Assembly: GCF_006345805.1 (NCBI RefSeq) | Contig: NC_043001.1 | Span: 37,014,001 to 37,078,000 of the forward strand | DNA: 64,000 nucleotides | Source of the DNA: Octopus sinensis | Taxonomy: Eukaryota | Direction of reading: 5' to 3' | Shown here: piece after piece, positions 25,440-38,420 of the stretch | Position numbering within the stretch: position 1 is the stretch's first letter | How the letters are laid out: each line of letters opens with the position of its first letter | Translations under genes and position numbers: made by a program | Notes under the pieces: generated by a model | What the model was told of the DNA's origin: nothing | The model's input: only the letters and a program-made list of their open reading frames with translations | Databases searched by the model: none

Positions 25440-27235
25440 TATATATATATGAAAACACAAGTCAGGATAGAAAATGCTAAAATAATTTTATAAAGAACAC
25501 TTCAGTACCGGTTTCAGTCATTGAGACTTTTTCAACTGTAACAATTAACTAATTAAATTTAGAAAAATTAAAAGAAAAGTTTTTTTAAAAGAATATTTGT
25601 ATAGTGTTCAAATATAAGTGGCATTTTCCTTGTTTCTGCCTTTCTCTGTCTCTCGTTTACTCTTGTGGGTTATTGCGAACTCTTGGTAGGGAAGAAGAAG
25701 GAGGAGGAGGAGAGGGGAGAAGAATTTGGGAGTGCCATGATTGTAGTATTTTGAATGGTCAGTGGAGGCTAGCAGTTGCTGTTCAATACATGAAAATATT
25801 TCTATTGAATGTTTTGTTTATAGGTGTTATACTAAAAAGCATTAGTGATAAAGTTAGGAAGAAGGAAGGAGAAAGGAAGAAGAAGAAGAAGAAGGGAGAA
25901 TATGAATGAGCGAAAGTAGTGAGGTGTTGAATGACTTAAAGTTGGCACGTTATGGATTATAGCAGTGATTGGGGCTGATTTTTAATGGATTCTTAGGAAT
26001 GTAATATTTGCGTGTGTATTTGTGTTATTCTAAGGCAAAGGTGGATATGTCGTTCAGAAGGGGCCTGTATTTTATAATAAAGAGAGTTTCTTTACTAATT
26101 CGTTGGCTCCAGGTTGTATCGTCTCTGAATTGGTAGAGGGGAAAAATCCTGAAGCTTGGAGTTTTGTTGTTGGTGCACATGTCTATGTGTTGGCTAAATG
26201 CTATTTTTCTGTTTTGGGGAATTTTTATCTGGGATCTGTGCAGGGCCATTCTTTTACGTAAACTATTTTTTGTTTGGCCTATGTATTGCTCTTGACACCC
26301 AGAGCAGGTTAGTGTGTATATCAGGTTCTCCGAAGCACATGTGAAGTTGCTTTTCACTGTGAAACGTTGTCCCTGTTTGAAGGAGAACTCCGATCCCTCA
26401 ATTAGATAATCGCATATCTCACAATTGGGTCTTCCACATTTTTTTACCGTCGGCTTCTGTATTGTTGAGCATATTCGGGCTTGTGTTAGGAGACTTTTCA
26501 TAGATTTGGGCTGTCTCTTGCTTTTTATGATCGTGTGTGTTTGGAGGATTAAGTTCATTCTGTGGTCCTTTTTTTAGCAGGGGTATGTTTTGGAGGATGG
26601 TGTCGAAGGCTTCATTATTGAGAGGGTTGTGTGTGGAGATGTATGGTAAGGCTTTTTGTTGTAAATTTTTCTTTAATTTGGGATGCCTGAGTTCCTGGAT
26701 GTTGAGTTGAAGGGCACATTGAATGCATATGTCAATTAGTGAAGGTGGGTAATTCCTGGTGATGAGAGTATCTTTTAGTTCATGTAGTCATGTGTCTCTG
26801 GTGTTTGCATTAGAAACTATAGTACATATCCTTTTTGCTAGATTGAAGGGGACATTCATTCTGGTGTCTGGGGTGGCATGAATTGAATGGTAGATATTGC
26901 TTGGAATCTGTAGGCTTATAGTATATATCTGTTTCTATTATGTTATTAGATTTCTTAATGAGGATGTTGAGGAAGAGGAGTTGTTGCTGGCTATATTCCA
27001 TCATGAATTGGATGTTTACGCCCAGTCCATTTAAAATTGCTTGGAATTCTTTGAGTTTCTCTATATTTTCATGCCAAAGAATGAAACAGTCATCTAGGTA
27101 CCTCTTCCAGTTGTTTTCTATGTAGAGGGAGAAAGGGCTGCCATATCTTTCTAGAACCTTACGACACAGACTGATTTCTAGATATCCCATGACTAGGTTG
27201 GCAAAAGAGGGGGGCCATTTGCGCACCCATCGCAT
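25440..27235 (-). mobile_element. 5'-truncated Penelope-like element: RT C-half, GIY-YIG endonuclease and 3' pseudo-LTR
   Basis: ORF 26810..27235 has PSFANLVMG, WKRYLDDCF and YYKPTDSKQYL..SCHP; ORF 26025..26558 has CGRPNCEIC and NLIYTLTCSGCQEQYIGQT...RMALH (GIY-YIG). Confidence 0.92.
25503..25538 (-). ncRNA. Minimal type I hammerhead ribozyme motif with U3:A8 core, in the Penelope LTR
   Basis: Minus strand reads CAG-TTGAAAA-AGTC(TCAAT)GACT-GAAA-CCGG-TA-CTG: stem I, core, 4-bp stem II, GAAA, palindromic ACCGGT stem III and GUA cleavage triplet. Activity untested. Confidence 0.7.
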
Positions 27236-27756
27236 ATATATGAGTCAGTGGCGACTCTAGCAATCGGGCTGTTGAGCCTTAGCCCAAATATAAATTTAGT
27301 AAAGTGAGCATGTATTTGCAAGCTGATTTAATTTCTACCAACACTGACTTCAAGTAAGTAATTTCAGCCAATAACTCGGGCTCCTTTTAATGAGCCTGGT
27401 TGCAGTTCATTTATTTTTCATTCGGTGTCTGGCAGTGTCTTAGAAGTGCCCTGTGTCAAAAAATATTATTCATAGCAGACATTCTCTTAACATCGTTCAC
27501 ACGTGCCTGACTCAGGCTCAGAAGTTACAGCCAGTTTTCTTGAAACAAAAAATTTCTGTAGAGATTAGTATTTAAATTCCAATCAATGAAAAGCTTCCGT
27601 TCTACAATATTCTTAAAAGAACGAAAATTTATCCAGCAACTCGGGCTAATACGAATGAACCTAGTAGGTGTAAAAAACTAACTGACATCTCTTGTCAAGA
27701 GTACAGGCGACAATCAAATCGCTGTTTGTTGCACACTCCACTGTCATTATTTGATT

Positions 27757-28092
27757 GCTCGCATGGCTCAGTGGTTAGAGCATCGAGCTTACGATCGTGA
27801 GGTTGTGAGCTCGAATCCCGGACCGGGCTGCGTGTTGTGTTCTTGAGCAAGGCACTTTATTTCACGTTGCTCCAGTTCACTCAGCTGTAGAAATGAGTTG
27901 CGACGTCACTGGTGCCAAGCTGTATCGACCTTTGTCTTTCCCTTGGATAACACTGGTGGCGTGGAGAGGGGAGGCTGGTATGCATGGGCGACTGCTGGTC
28001 TTCCATAAACAACCTTGCCTGGACTTGTGTCTAGGAGGGTAACTTTCTAGGTGCAATCCCATGGTCATTCATGACCGAAGGGGTCTTTACCC
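27757..28092 (+). mobile_element. tRNA-derived SINE family D (partial second copy at 34408-34560)
   Basis: Head GGCTCAGTGGTTAGAGC...GCTCGAATCCCGG continues into non-tRNA body sequence that recurs at 34408. Confidence 0.8.
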
Positions 28093-28620
28093 TTTTTTTT
28101 ACTTTATTCTGTGTGCCTATGTGTAAAGATCAGTTGTGTTTCGCAGTGTTGCTTTATTTTATCCTTAACTTAGAAATGGAAAAAGACATAATGCTAGATA
28201 TAAAAAAAAATAAGTCATTTGGGGCTAGAAATAAAGCAGAAAAACGTGAAATATTTTGAGCAGACATGTATCTCATGCAAAATCTATGATGAGCCCAAGT
28301 AACACTGATGACCAGGAGTCACTTCTGATATGACCCATAATCCTCATGCAACATCTCTGCGGACATAAATAAAGTTTGTTGATTAAACACATAGGCTATT
28401 TGAGGGACTTTAATTACAATAAGGACAATTATTCAAGTTATATGTGATGTTATTTTAATCAAAGACCATATAGGTAAAATAGTCTCCAGTTCGATTTAAG
28501 TTAATAGGAACCCTCAGTACATGAGTATTCATTCGCAGATATTTTACAGGTTTCACTCTTTTACTTTGTAACACACACACACACACACATACTCCCTTTT
28601 TCTCTCAGAGCAAGTTCCAG

Positions 28621-28626
28621 TTTATT
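28621..28626 (-). terminator. Probable polyadenylation signal of PSENEN
   Basis: AATAAA on the minus strand about 100 nt after the PSENEN stop codon. Confidence 0.5.
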
Positions 28627-28727
28627 ACAGATCAGCAACCACTGTGGCCACAGAGCAAAAATGTCAGTTGGCAGTTATTGACTGACAACCATACTTCTAT
28701 ATGATTTGTTAAGTCACTTGTAGAAAG

Positions 28728-28867
28728 TTACGCTCTGCCTGTTGGAATGATGAAAGACATGTAATCGGCCACAGCTCCCCATTCAGCTCGTTTCATCTGA
28801 AAAATTATAATCCATACAATCATGATGCTGAACCAGATCAAAGACCCAATCAATGAACGAGTAACAT
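28728..28867 (-). CDS. PSENEN: Gamma-secretase subunit PEN-2, last coding exon (140 nt)
   Basis: Long pyrimidine tract and CAG acceptor; (Y)VTRSLIGSLIWFSIMIVWIIIFQMKRAEWGAVADYMSFIIPTGRA* aligns to human YVWRSAVG...WGALGDYLSFTIPLGTP. Confidence 0.96.
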
Positions 28868-28991
28868 CTGAAAAGAAAAAGAAAAAAAAAGAGAAGAAAC
28901 AAATAACTAAATTTTCCCACCTTAGTAGTTAAATTTCAATAAGCATAACTCCATTTTAATTAAGAACTTTCCTTAATAATAATAATAATAA

Positions 28992-29480
28992 TCATCATCA
29001 TCATCATCGTTTAACGTCCGCTTTCCATGCTAGCATGGGTTGGACGGTTCAACTGGGGTCTGGCAAGCTCGAAGGCTGCACCAGGCCAGTCAGATCTGGC
29101 AGTGTTTCTACAGCTGGATGCCCTTCCTAACGCCAACCACTCCGAGAGTGTAGTGGGTGATTTTATGTGCCACCGACACAGGTGCCAGGCGAGGCTGGCA
29201 GACGGCCACGCTCGGATGGTGTTTTTATGTGCCACCAACACAGGTGCCAGACGAGGCTGGCAGACAGCCACGCTCGGATGGTGTTTTCATGTGCCACCAA
29301 CACAGGTGCCAGACGAGGCTGGCGAACGGCCACGCTCGGATGGTGTTTGTTACGTGCCCTCAGCACGGAGGCCAGTCGATGCGGTACTGGCTACGGTCAC
29401 GCTCGGATGGTTTTCTTATGTGCCACCGGCACTGGTACCACAAGGATACAAATTCCATTGATGTTCATCGATTTTGATTT
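28992..29480 (-). mobile_element. SINE family C with internal 62-bp tandem repeat
   Basis: Units begin at 29167, 29229 and 29291 (GTGCCACC.ACACAGGTGCCAG..GAGGCTGG...GCTCGGATGGTG). Confidence 0.85.
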
Positions 29481-29559
29481 GGTTTGATTAATAATGAAAT
29501 TATTGTATACAGTGCTCAGGTGCACCACAACTTGTCAGACAGTGCGTACAAAGTATATG

Positions 29560-29990
29560 CAGTAATGTACAAATGTCTGGAAAGCAAACAGTGTATGAGT
29601 CAGATACATGCTTGTGTGTGCATAGAGGGGAGAAAATCAGGTGTAGTGTTGGCGAATCTCAGAAAGCATGGAAGTTTTCAAGGATGCAGTGCTCCGACAA
29701 CTAACAACTGATGCCGGCAGTTTGTTCCATGCTTCAGCAACTCTCAGCATGAAAAAATGTTTCCGAAAGTCATGGGAGCTGTGCTGTTTTCTGACTTTGT
29801 AAATATGTCCACGGGTGTTAGACGGGTGGAGTTTGAAAAGGTGCTCAGAGTTATTGTTTGTAAGATGGTTAATAATTTTACGGGTGTCTGCCAAGTCAGC
29901 TGCCAGATGTCGGAGTTTCAATGTGTCCATGCCCATTCATTTTTGCCATTTAAGAAAGTATATCCAACAGTGTAAAGAGGACAGAGAAAA
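29560..29990 (-). mobile_element. 3' fragment of a CR1/L2-type LINE
   Basis: SNTRGHIYKVRKQ..DFRKHFFMLRVAEAWNKLP matches the CR1/L2 ORF2 C-terminal pattern (TRGH..K...R..FF..RV...WN.LP). Confidence 0.75.
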
Positions 29991-31338
29991 GCTCAGTCCT
30001 AATCTTCCCCCCTCATCTACAAACATGTTCAAACATCCTTGACAGTAGGTACAAATCTAAACATACTGTATTTGATGGCTTATAAGATGCAATTTTCTTC
30101 AAAAAACTGTTTCAAAAGAAATCACCTCTGGTCCTATGTGCAGTTGGGCCTCCTTTAAGTTTTAATGCACTAAAACCATTTTTCTTGAATGGTACCATGT
30201 AAAAAGTACCTGTGCCATTACCACATACAGAGCACCACCAGTGTCACGTACAAAACCCCCATGCTGGCACCACATAAAAGGCAGCCATGCCAGTGCCATG
30301 TACAAAGCACCCATGCTGGTGCCATGTAAAAATCACCCATGCCAGTCCCACATGAAAAAGTACCTATGCTACCACCACATAAAAAGCACCCAGTATACTC
30401 TGTAAAAGGTTGGCATTAGGAAGGGCATCCACTTGTAGAAACCATACCAAAAACAGACAATTGGGACCTGGTGCAGCCCTTCAGTTTGCCATCTATCAAA
30501 CTGTCCAACCCATGCCAGCACTGGAAAAATGGATGTTAAATGATGTTGATGATGATGCCCTGCTGAAATTGGGGTGTCTAATATGCTCATGCATCTTTTA
30601 TGCCATCAAATAAAGTAAACATACAAAGATGTTTGAAACTATTGAATCTAACAGCCAGGCTTTTCATTTTGTTTCGTCAGAAGAGGAAGTGCAACACCAA
30701 TGGTGATCTAGTCTGAAATCTTGCAGCAACCACTATGGTCACAGCTAAAGGTTTCCAAAGACCAGGTGGTGGTATTAAAAACTCATGACGAATTATGTCT
30801 ACCAATCAAAAATAGAAATGATCCTTCTGGGGGGCTTCCATAGGGCTTCATCTACCAAATTTCAAACAAAAGGTTTTGAACATTCTGAGGTAATGGTAGA
30901 AGACACTGATCCAAAATTCCATGCAGTAGGATTGAAACCATGTAGTTGAAAAGCACATTTCTTAACAATACAGCCAAGGGATACATTGATCTTCCCAGAG
31001 ACTAACACAAAGAGGTACTTATCTTTATTGTATCAAATAGTATACTAAATTTTTGGCATACCTACACAAGTGTGCCCCCACACCCCACTGCCAAATTTGT
31101 AACTTTCAAAAAAATCATCACCATTTAATAGATGTTAAATGGTGATGATGATGATGATGATTTATGTTTAAAATGATAGTTGAAACTATTACTTATCACT
31201 ATTATTGTTAACATAATCACTATTCTCATTTTTTAATCATTATAAGCCCTCGTTGGTTCTGTTATTTCAAAGAAAAATACATGAAGACATATCAACTCAG
31301 TAATGAAGTGAAGAAAGCAAATCGAAATAGCTGCTTAC

Positions 31339-31443
31339 ATGTACGGATTTGTTTCTGTTGTTCAAACTCTGGCCGGCGGTAAGCTTCTCTGAAGAACCAC
31401 AGGAAGTTAATAAACCATAAGAATGGCAGTAGTGCAAAACCAC
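31339..31443 (-). CDS. PSENEN: PEN-2 middle coding exon (105 nt)
   Basis: TTTTTCAG acceptor and GTAAGC donor; (G)[34 protein letters not shown] aligns to human [22 protein letters not shown]. Confidence 0.97.
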
Positions 31444-31642
31444 CTGAAAAACAATAAACACTATAATAAAATATCACCGTCATCAAAGTGTGTATTTTCA
31501 AAATTGCTATTTCACTGCTACCACACTCCTTCATTATTTTCTGTCTAAATTCCTGTCTACACCTTTTTGTCTACAAGAATTTTTCTCCAGGGCAAAATCT
31601 AGTGAATGGCCTTCTTACAGGTTCAAAAATGTCTCAAGTATA

Positions 31643-32817
31643 AACTTAAGTTAAGTTAAGTTAATTTTTTGGCTCAAAAAGCAAGGCCATGTAGGAGGAC
31701 ATGGAGTTATGTACAGGGTGGTGTTCATACAAAGAGTTCAGGCCATTTGTGGTCAAGGGAGACTTTGAACCGAGCGGTCGTTAGCATCTTCACTATCTCG
31801 TCCGGCAGCTTATTCCACAGATCCGCAACCCGGACAGAGAAAGCCCCTCTCCTTCGATTGAGATGAAATCGTCGCAGATAGAGCTTTTCAGAGTGACCCC
31901 GCAGCCGACATTCTGGAGCAGGAGTGAAGAACAGCTCTTTCGAGAGGTTACACTTTCCACTTATGATGTTGTGAGCAAGAATGAGATCACCACAGCGGCG
32001 GCGTTTTTCTAGAGAATAAAGGTCAAGCATCTTCAGCCTTTCTTCATAAGACAAATGCTTGAGACCAAGTACCATGCGGGTTGCCAGCTTCCGGACTCTT
32101 TCGAGATGATGTATGTCTTTGAGGAGATAAGGAGAAGAGGCTTGAATCCCGTACTCCAATATGGGTCTCACCAGCGTGATATAGAGCGGTAGGAATATGG
32201 CTGCTGTGAGCATTCCGAATCAAAAACAGAACTCTGCGTGCTTTGTTGGCAGCAAGGATGCACTGGGCCGAAGGCGAAAAGGAAGAATCAACCAAGACAC
32301 CCAGATCCTTTACCTGATCCATCCTCTCCAGCAGCAGACGACCCGGCTCGAAATCAAGTTGAGTTACAGGAGAAGAGCCAGAAGGCAGACGACAGCACTT
32401 TAACACATTCAGACACAGGTCCCATTCATTAGACCATCTCCAAACTTGGTGGAGGCATCGACGAAGATCCTCTATATCACCGCGAGGAGCGACCAGTTTG
32501 ATATCATCAGCAAATAGAAGGGTGTGTTGTGTGAGGTCGTCGGGCAAGTCATTTATGAAGACTAAGAACAATAAGGGCCCAAGCACTGAACCTTGAGGTA
32601 CGCCACTGCTCGCACTGGAGACGTCGAACAGCGAACCATTAACTTGGACTTGGAAGGAGCGATCTGAGAGGAAGGCACCAACCCATCGTACAATATCCGG
32701 ATGGAAACTATATGCTTGAAGCTTGACAAGTAATAGGCGGTTGTTTACCGAGTCAAATGCTTTGGCAAAGTCCAATAAAACGATGTCAACAGCATCACCA
32801 TCATCAAGGATATGCGC
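31643..32817 (-). mobile_element. 5'-truncated CR1/L2-type LINE inside a PSENEN intron
   Basis: DFAKAFDSV, GVPQGSVLGPLLFLVFINDL, LFADD, LVRPILEYG and SYEERLKMLDLYSLEKRR; (TTAAC)n tail near 31643-31664. Confidence 0.93.
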
Positions 32818-33198
32818 TCTCTATTTACATACATGTGTCACATGAATGGATTAGTTTCCATAAACCTGGACACTATATCTTATAAAGAGACTCTTATACT
32901 TGGACACCCTTCCAGTCAAAACTTCAAAAGCTTCTGTATGATCACTTAACCTGCTAGATATAGCAACCATATTTCTCTCCCGTTTCAAAAGGAAGGAGAT
33001 ACTTGACAGTATAGACACTCACATACAAAATGACATATCAGTCACAGCTGAAACAACTTTGAGCAGACCTGACATGGGAGATTAACTCACAACAGTAATA
33101 CCTCATTATCTTCATGGTTTATTCTTTAATTGCTTATTATCTGCTAGTTACATTATCTATTTTATTCATACACCCTGTTTCTTCTCCATTAACATTAC

Positions 33199-33259
33199 CT
33201 TTGTAATATGTCCGGCATAAGTCTAACTTGACATCATCCTTCACTCTTCGGAGATCCAT
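33199..33259 (-). CDS. PSENEN: PEN-2 first coding exon (61 nt; exon starts at 33261 with 2 nt of UTR)
   Basis: TTATCTTCTAG|AC-ATG; MDLRRVKDDVKLDLCRTYYK(G) then GTAATG donor. 61+105+140=306 nt gives 101 aa, the same length as human PEN-2. Confidence 0.96.
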
Positions 33260-33600
33260 GTCTAGAAGATAATTTTAAATATATATTAATAGTTTTCAAT
33301 ACAAGCCAAAATATTCACATACATATTATATTGTAGAAGTGCTTGCAAATGGATGTGTGCATGAGTGAGTGAATGTGTGTGCATGCATGTGTATGTATGT
33401 ATGTATGTATATATGTATGTATGTATGACAAACTGATTAGCAATCTAAAAAAGCCCTTCAGTTTGTTTTTGGTTTAATAACACAGTCAGAGAATGAAAGG
33501 CAAACACCCAGATCCTTTCAAGATAAAAAAAAACGATAGGAGAAAGGTTTATTCTCAGGCCAGAAACAAGGCTCAAATGCTCACAACAAATTGGATTCTG

Positions 33601-33830
33601 CTAACCCTTTAGCAATCAGATTACATTGTCAAATGTAATGTTTATTTATTCATATTGTTTTGAACTAATCATGCCATCATCTTGAAGCTTTGAGATTCAA
33701 TGATGTGGTTGTTTATATGTAGAATGACATTGTAGCGGTGTTGAAAGGCTAGATCTGTCCAGTTTGAACACAAAACAAGTACAATAGTTGGGTTAGATGT
33801 GGTCAGTTTAAATGATAAAGCATTAAAGGC
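33601..33830. mobile_element. piggyBac-like MITE, degenerate (related partial copy at about 63890-64000)
   Basis: Starts CTAACCCTTTAGCA and ends TAAAGCATTAA, resembling TTAA-CCCTTT termini; internal sequence matches the reverse complement at the window end. Confidence 0.5.
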
Positions 33831-36800
33831 GACAGAGAGGTAGATTAAGTCTATCACCTAAAAATACAATTAGAGAGAATAGTCACATATGGATAGCCTT
33901 TGACCATAAATCAATCGGGACTGACAGGGACAGGGGTTAAGCAACATTAAACCCATAATATATAAGAGTACACCCTTAGATGGACATTTTGGGGCTACAA
34001 AGGGATACATTGATCTTCCTAGAGACTAAGACAAAAAGGTACTTATCTTTATTGTATTAAATGGTCTACTGAATTTTTGGTATACCTACACAAGTGTACT
34101 CCCACACAGCGGTGCCAACTTTGTAACTTTCAAAAAAGTAGTTTTGTTTTTTTTTTCTACTTGTTTCAATCATAAGACTGTGGCCATGCTGAGGCACCAC
34201 CTTGAAATTTTAGTCAAATGAATCGACCCCAGTATTTATTTTTTAAGCCTGGTACTTATTCTATTGGTCTCTTTTCCTGAACCGCTAGGTTACAAGAACA
34301 CAAACACACCAACACTGGTTGTCAAACAGTGATGGGGGTACAGACACACAGACAGAAAGACACACACATAGATATTCCTACATGTATGAATATATATATA
34401 TATATATGAAGGCACATGGCTCAGTGGTTAGAGCATCAAGCTTACGATCTTGAGGTTGTGAGTTCAATTCCGGATCAGGCTGCATGTTGTGTTCTTGGGC
34501 AAGACACTATTTCACATGGTTCCAGTTCACACAGCTTTAGAAATGAGTTGTTAATATCAACAAAATGAAACATGAAATTCTTGAAAAGAATTGTATGTGT
34601 GTGTGTGTGCCCACTAATTTTTTTCTTTTCTTTTCTTACATCAGATTCAAATACAGTCGTAATTTAAACAACCTGAAAGGTAGTTGTAGAAAATTTCATT
34701 AAAAACCATCCATTTATAGGAAAGTTATAAGGAAACAAAGTCGGATGGGGGACGAGGGCACATTTGTGTAGATGTGCCCATTTTTTCCCCCCATTGTTGT
34801 GGTTTTCTATTTCTATATTATTATCATGGAATGATAAAGCTGAGAATGTAAATAAAAATAATGATAAAAAATTTTCTTATCAAAATAACTGTATATCAAT
34901 CGTAACTGGTACCTGTCAAGTTGTGCACCAAAAGCATTCTTGATCGTGCAAACCTAATAATGATCAAAACGTTCAACCCATGACAAATACCGTGATTTTT
35001 ATTTGTCCAAAACTACACTGTTCATTGTATTGTTTTGAAGTCGGTAAACGTGTAATATGAGGAATAATTGGTAGTTAATTCTAGCAAATTGAAAGGCCGC
35101 GGTAGAGGCTCATTAACTCGATATTAAAAAGTTTATATTCGAGATGTTAAAAGAATCTTAAGTTTCTGAAAACAAGGCACAACTTTAGATAAGATAACAT
35201 TTTGAAAAATAAAACTTGAGTTGACATTTTCCTATTTTGTCAATAGCCTGATTTTCGTTTCTGTTTTGGTTTGTTTTGTTTTCGGTCGATAAAAAGTGAG
35301 ACCCTAATGGGAGTTGAACCTACGGTTCCATTGCTCCTGTGTAATTTCCTGTAGAGCACAAAAAAAAAAACAGTTTATACGAGTTAAGTAGGAAGTCTCT
35401 ACATGACCATTCCAGCTGCTAGAAATGGCAGCCAAATCTCTTTTAACTCACATCCTGATGTTTTAAAGGACACGCTAATTAATGGTATCCAAGATACTAC
35501 TAAGGAAACGATTAGGACTGACTTATGGCTAAGCCCTGTTTATAAAGATTAAATATATCTACTGTTCAACCTATTACTGAAAAGGAATAAAATTAAAATT
35601 CAATGAGTTTTTTTCTTAAATAAAAAAATAAACGACAGTATTATTTGAGCTTTGTTTTCATATTAGTCACAGTTAAAAATTCAAAAGGAAAAGTTCATCA
35701 TTACAAAGAAAATTAGATGTACTTTCAAACAGTAATTAATAATATACAATAAATATGTACGTACTTGGTCTTAGCAATAAAATTTAGTAGGGAGTCAGTC
35801 ACGTCACTCCCTTTAAATAAATGACACATACACTTACAACAGGAAGTAACTTTATTAGAATTGCACATAATTTTCTTCTGCACAACTTAACAAGTGAAAA
35901 AAAAAAACAAGAAAAATAAAGTGAACTATTATTGTCATAAATATTTAAATATATAAATAGGCATTTTGTACGAAGTTAATATTTATGGAAATTTCGATTT
36001 TTATACTTTATTTACTGCGGAATGCTTTGTCTCTCGAATGTACTTATCAGTAGTTTTAGTTACCTATGATAATCATGAATATCACTAATGTATGCCATAA
36101 CTATAGTTTGGCGCTCCTATTCTCCTGACTCTGTTTCTTCATATCTTTCTCAAAAATGCATAATTTTTTTTAATGAAAATTTGCAGAAATATGTTTTCGA
36201 CGGTGTTGATTAGGGATCCATTCTCACCCACTTTCGACTTTGTTTCCTCGTCACTCTCTTTAAAACACATTCTCAAATTACTTTTTTTTTTAAAGTTAAG
36301 GGAACATATGTTTTAACCATATATATCTGAAAAAATAAATAAAAAAGTGAAAATTGGTAGTTACGGAAATTAATTGATAACGAAGTCTGGGGGGAAAGAA
36401 TGGTTCGATAATGAAAATTTTCTCTTTTCCTACATTTTACTTACATAATCATTATCTACACCCTTATCTCAGCAAAAATTTTTTTTGGAAATGGGCATTT
36501 TTGGGAAGTTCCGAGGAAACAAAAGTCGCAAGAGGACACAAGTGTAGCTGTCAAATCTATTATAATCCATTTTAATTCTTGAGCTTCTTATCGTTTTTTT
36601 TTCTATGTATCTTATTCGCTGTGCTTATTTTTTTAGTAGAGAGAAATTAAGAATGGGGTTGTTTGGTGTGTGTGAAGTATGCTTGCCACTCCTGAATAAC
36701 AAATTATAACGGTATAATTATCACGTAATAGGAAAGTATCACGTAAAACAGAAAGGGAAGCAAATAACATTAAATAGTCGAGGTTTCGTATCATGGACAC

Positions 36801-37099
36801 CTTTATATAATGCCTTTATGTTGTAAATTTCGCTAAATGAAAATAAAGTCACGACATTGAAAAATGTCGTTATCGTTTCTCTTGAATTCAGGTAAGACAA
36901 CACCTGCTGGAAAGGTATAAACAGGAAAAGATCCAGAAAGACCGACGTTCTGGAAAGAAAGACTGAATATTGTGTTTAGTGTGTGGGATGGGGATTAGAC
37001 ATAACAAAAGTGATGAGAGGAAAAATGACGAGTAGAATGGGAGTGCTGGAGTGGAGCCCACCCGACTCAGAAGAGTTAGTAGTAAAGGTAGAAAAACAG

Positions 37100-38420
37100 A
37101 AAGAACGATGGTAAAAGCGCCTGTGACATAGTGATAGGAGTGTGTTTCTAAGTGACTATTCCAGTCAGTTGGATGGCTCTTTTCTAGATATGGTCAAGGA
37201 TATGTGTATGAGTGTGAGGGCAGGAATCTATTATAGGCCTAACATCAATTTTGTTGCATATTGACTGCTATTTGGGAATTGAAGTATCTTCTGCGCTGTA
37301 AAGGAGTGTCTTTTTTTTACCAAAAGAGGGCCCCCAACGGTAATGAGAAACCTAACTGTTGGGTCTCAGTTATAAAAAACACTCAAGCAGTCTTCGAAAG
37401 TTCTATTTGAGGTTTACTCATGACTGAGAGGATATGGTGTAATGATGATCTCTTGATACGACTAGCGTTTGTATTTTCTTGTTGAAAGAGACATGATTGC
37501 TGTATCCTCACTGGAGGGTTGCTTTCGAGACCTCTGTTCAAGGTGTCATTGCGAGTTTGGCGTGAAGTTTCTTGGTTGCGAGCCCGGGGTGATGTATAGA
37601 TGGAGAATGTTAGGGAGGGATGAAGTATTGTCATCTTTGCAAGAGTGAGTGTTGTAGGGTGTGCAGAGGATCATTAATGTATAGAGAGAATATAGTGGGT
37701 ATAAAATTCTCAGACACACCGAAATTGATAGGATGGGGGAGAGAACGGTCTCCATTGACACCATGCGGTGATATTAGTTTCCCATTTTGGAACAAGACCA
37801 GTAATTTCGTGGGCTGGAGTAGGTCGATTACATCGACCCAGTGCTCGACTGGTACTTATTTTATCGACCCCGAAAAAATGAAAGGCAAAGGTGACCTCGG
37901 CGGAATTTAAACTCGAAACGTAAAAACACATGCGACAGTATTGCGATATGATAGAGATGCTACTGATCCGAGAGATGAGAGACGGATAAAACACATTGAT
38001 TTAGATAAGAGATTCGCATGCCATACATCGAAAGCTTTGCTGAAGTCGAGGGTGACAAATATGCTTTAAATTGTAGTTAAGCATATCAATCTGGTCACTA
38101 TGAGAAATCTTCAGATATTGCATGCCATTGCATTCATAGAGATTTGAGGGATTTTGTTGTATTATTACCAGACCTGTGACACCGAAGATAAAATTTATTT
38201 GTGCCAATTGAAGTTACAAAATTATTCTCTTCATGTTTTTCTTAAATGCAGTAGGTGCACGTTTGGAGAAAGCAGTTCTCGATTCCTCGCAAAAACAAGA
38301 CGTTGCCACTATGTCAATCCAATTGGTATATTACCGAAAGGATTTTATTTAGCGAGATCCTATTTAGCTCTCTTCTGGCTCTTCTTAACCCTACAACGGC
38401 GAATGTTTAAAAAATTGTAC
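37100..38420 (-). mobile_element. Highly decayed LINE RT remnant (Jockey/CR1-like), interrupted by a family A SINE at about 37800-37935
   Basis: Minus strand gives FVTLDFSKAFDVWHANLLSK, then GVSENFIPTIFSLYINDP and KDDNT (degenerate GVPQGS..LF..YINDL and FADD). Confidence 0.65.

Noticed and set aside
27757-27830. tRNA-like sequence with A and B boxes
   Set aside because: No proper acceptor stem and it continues into a SINE body repeated at 34408; not a tRNA gene.
29167-29430. Regular 62-bp repeats, superficially CRISPR-like
   Set aside because: Tandem units without unique spacers, inside a eukaryotic SINE family.
35300-35365. B-box-like GGTTCAACTCC followed by a T run on the minus strand
   Set aside because: No cloverleaf or A box; degenerate SINE/tRNA fragment.
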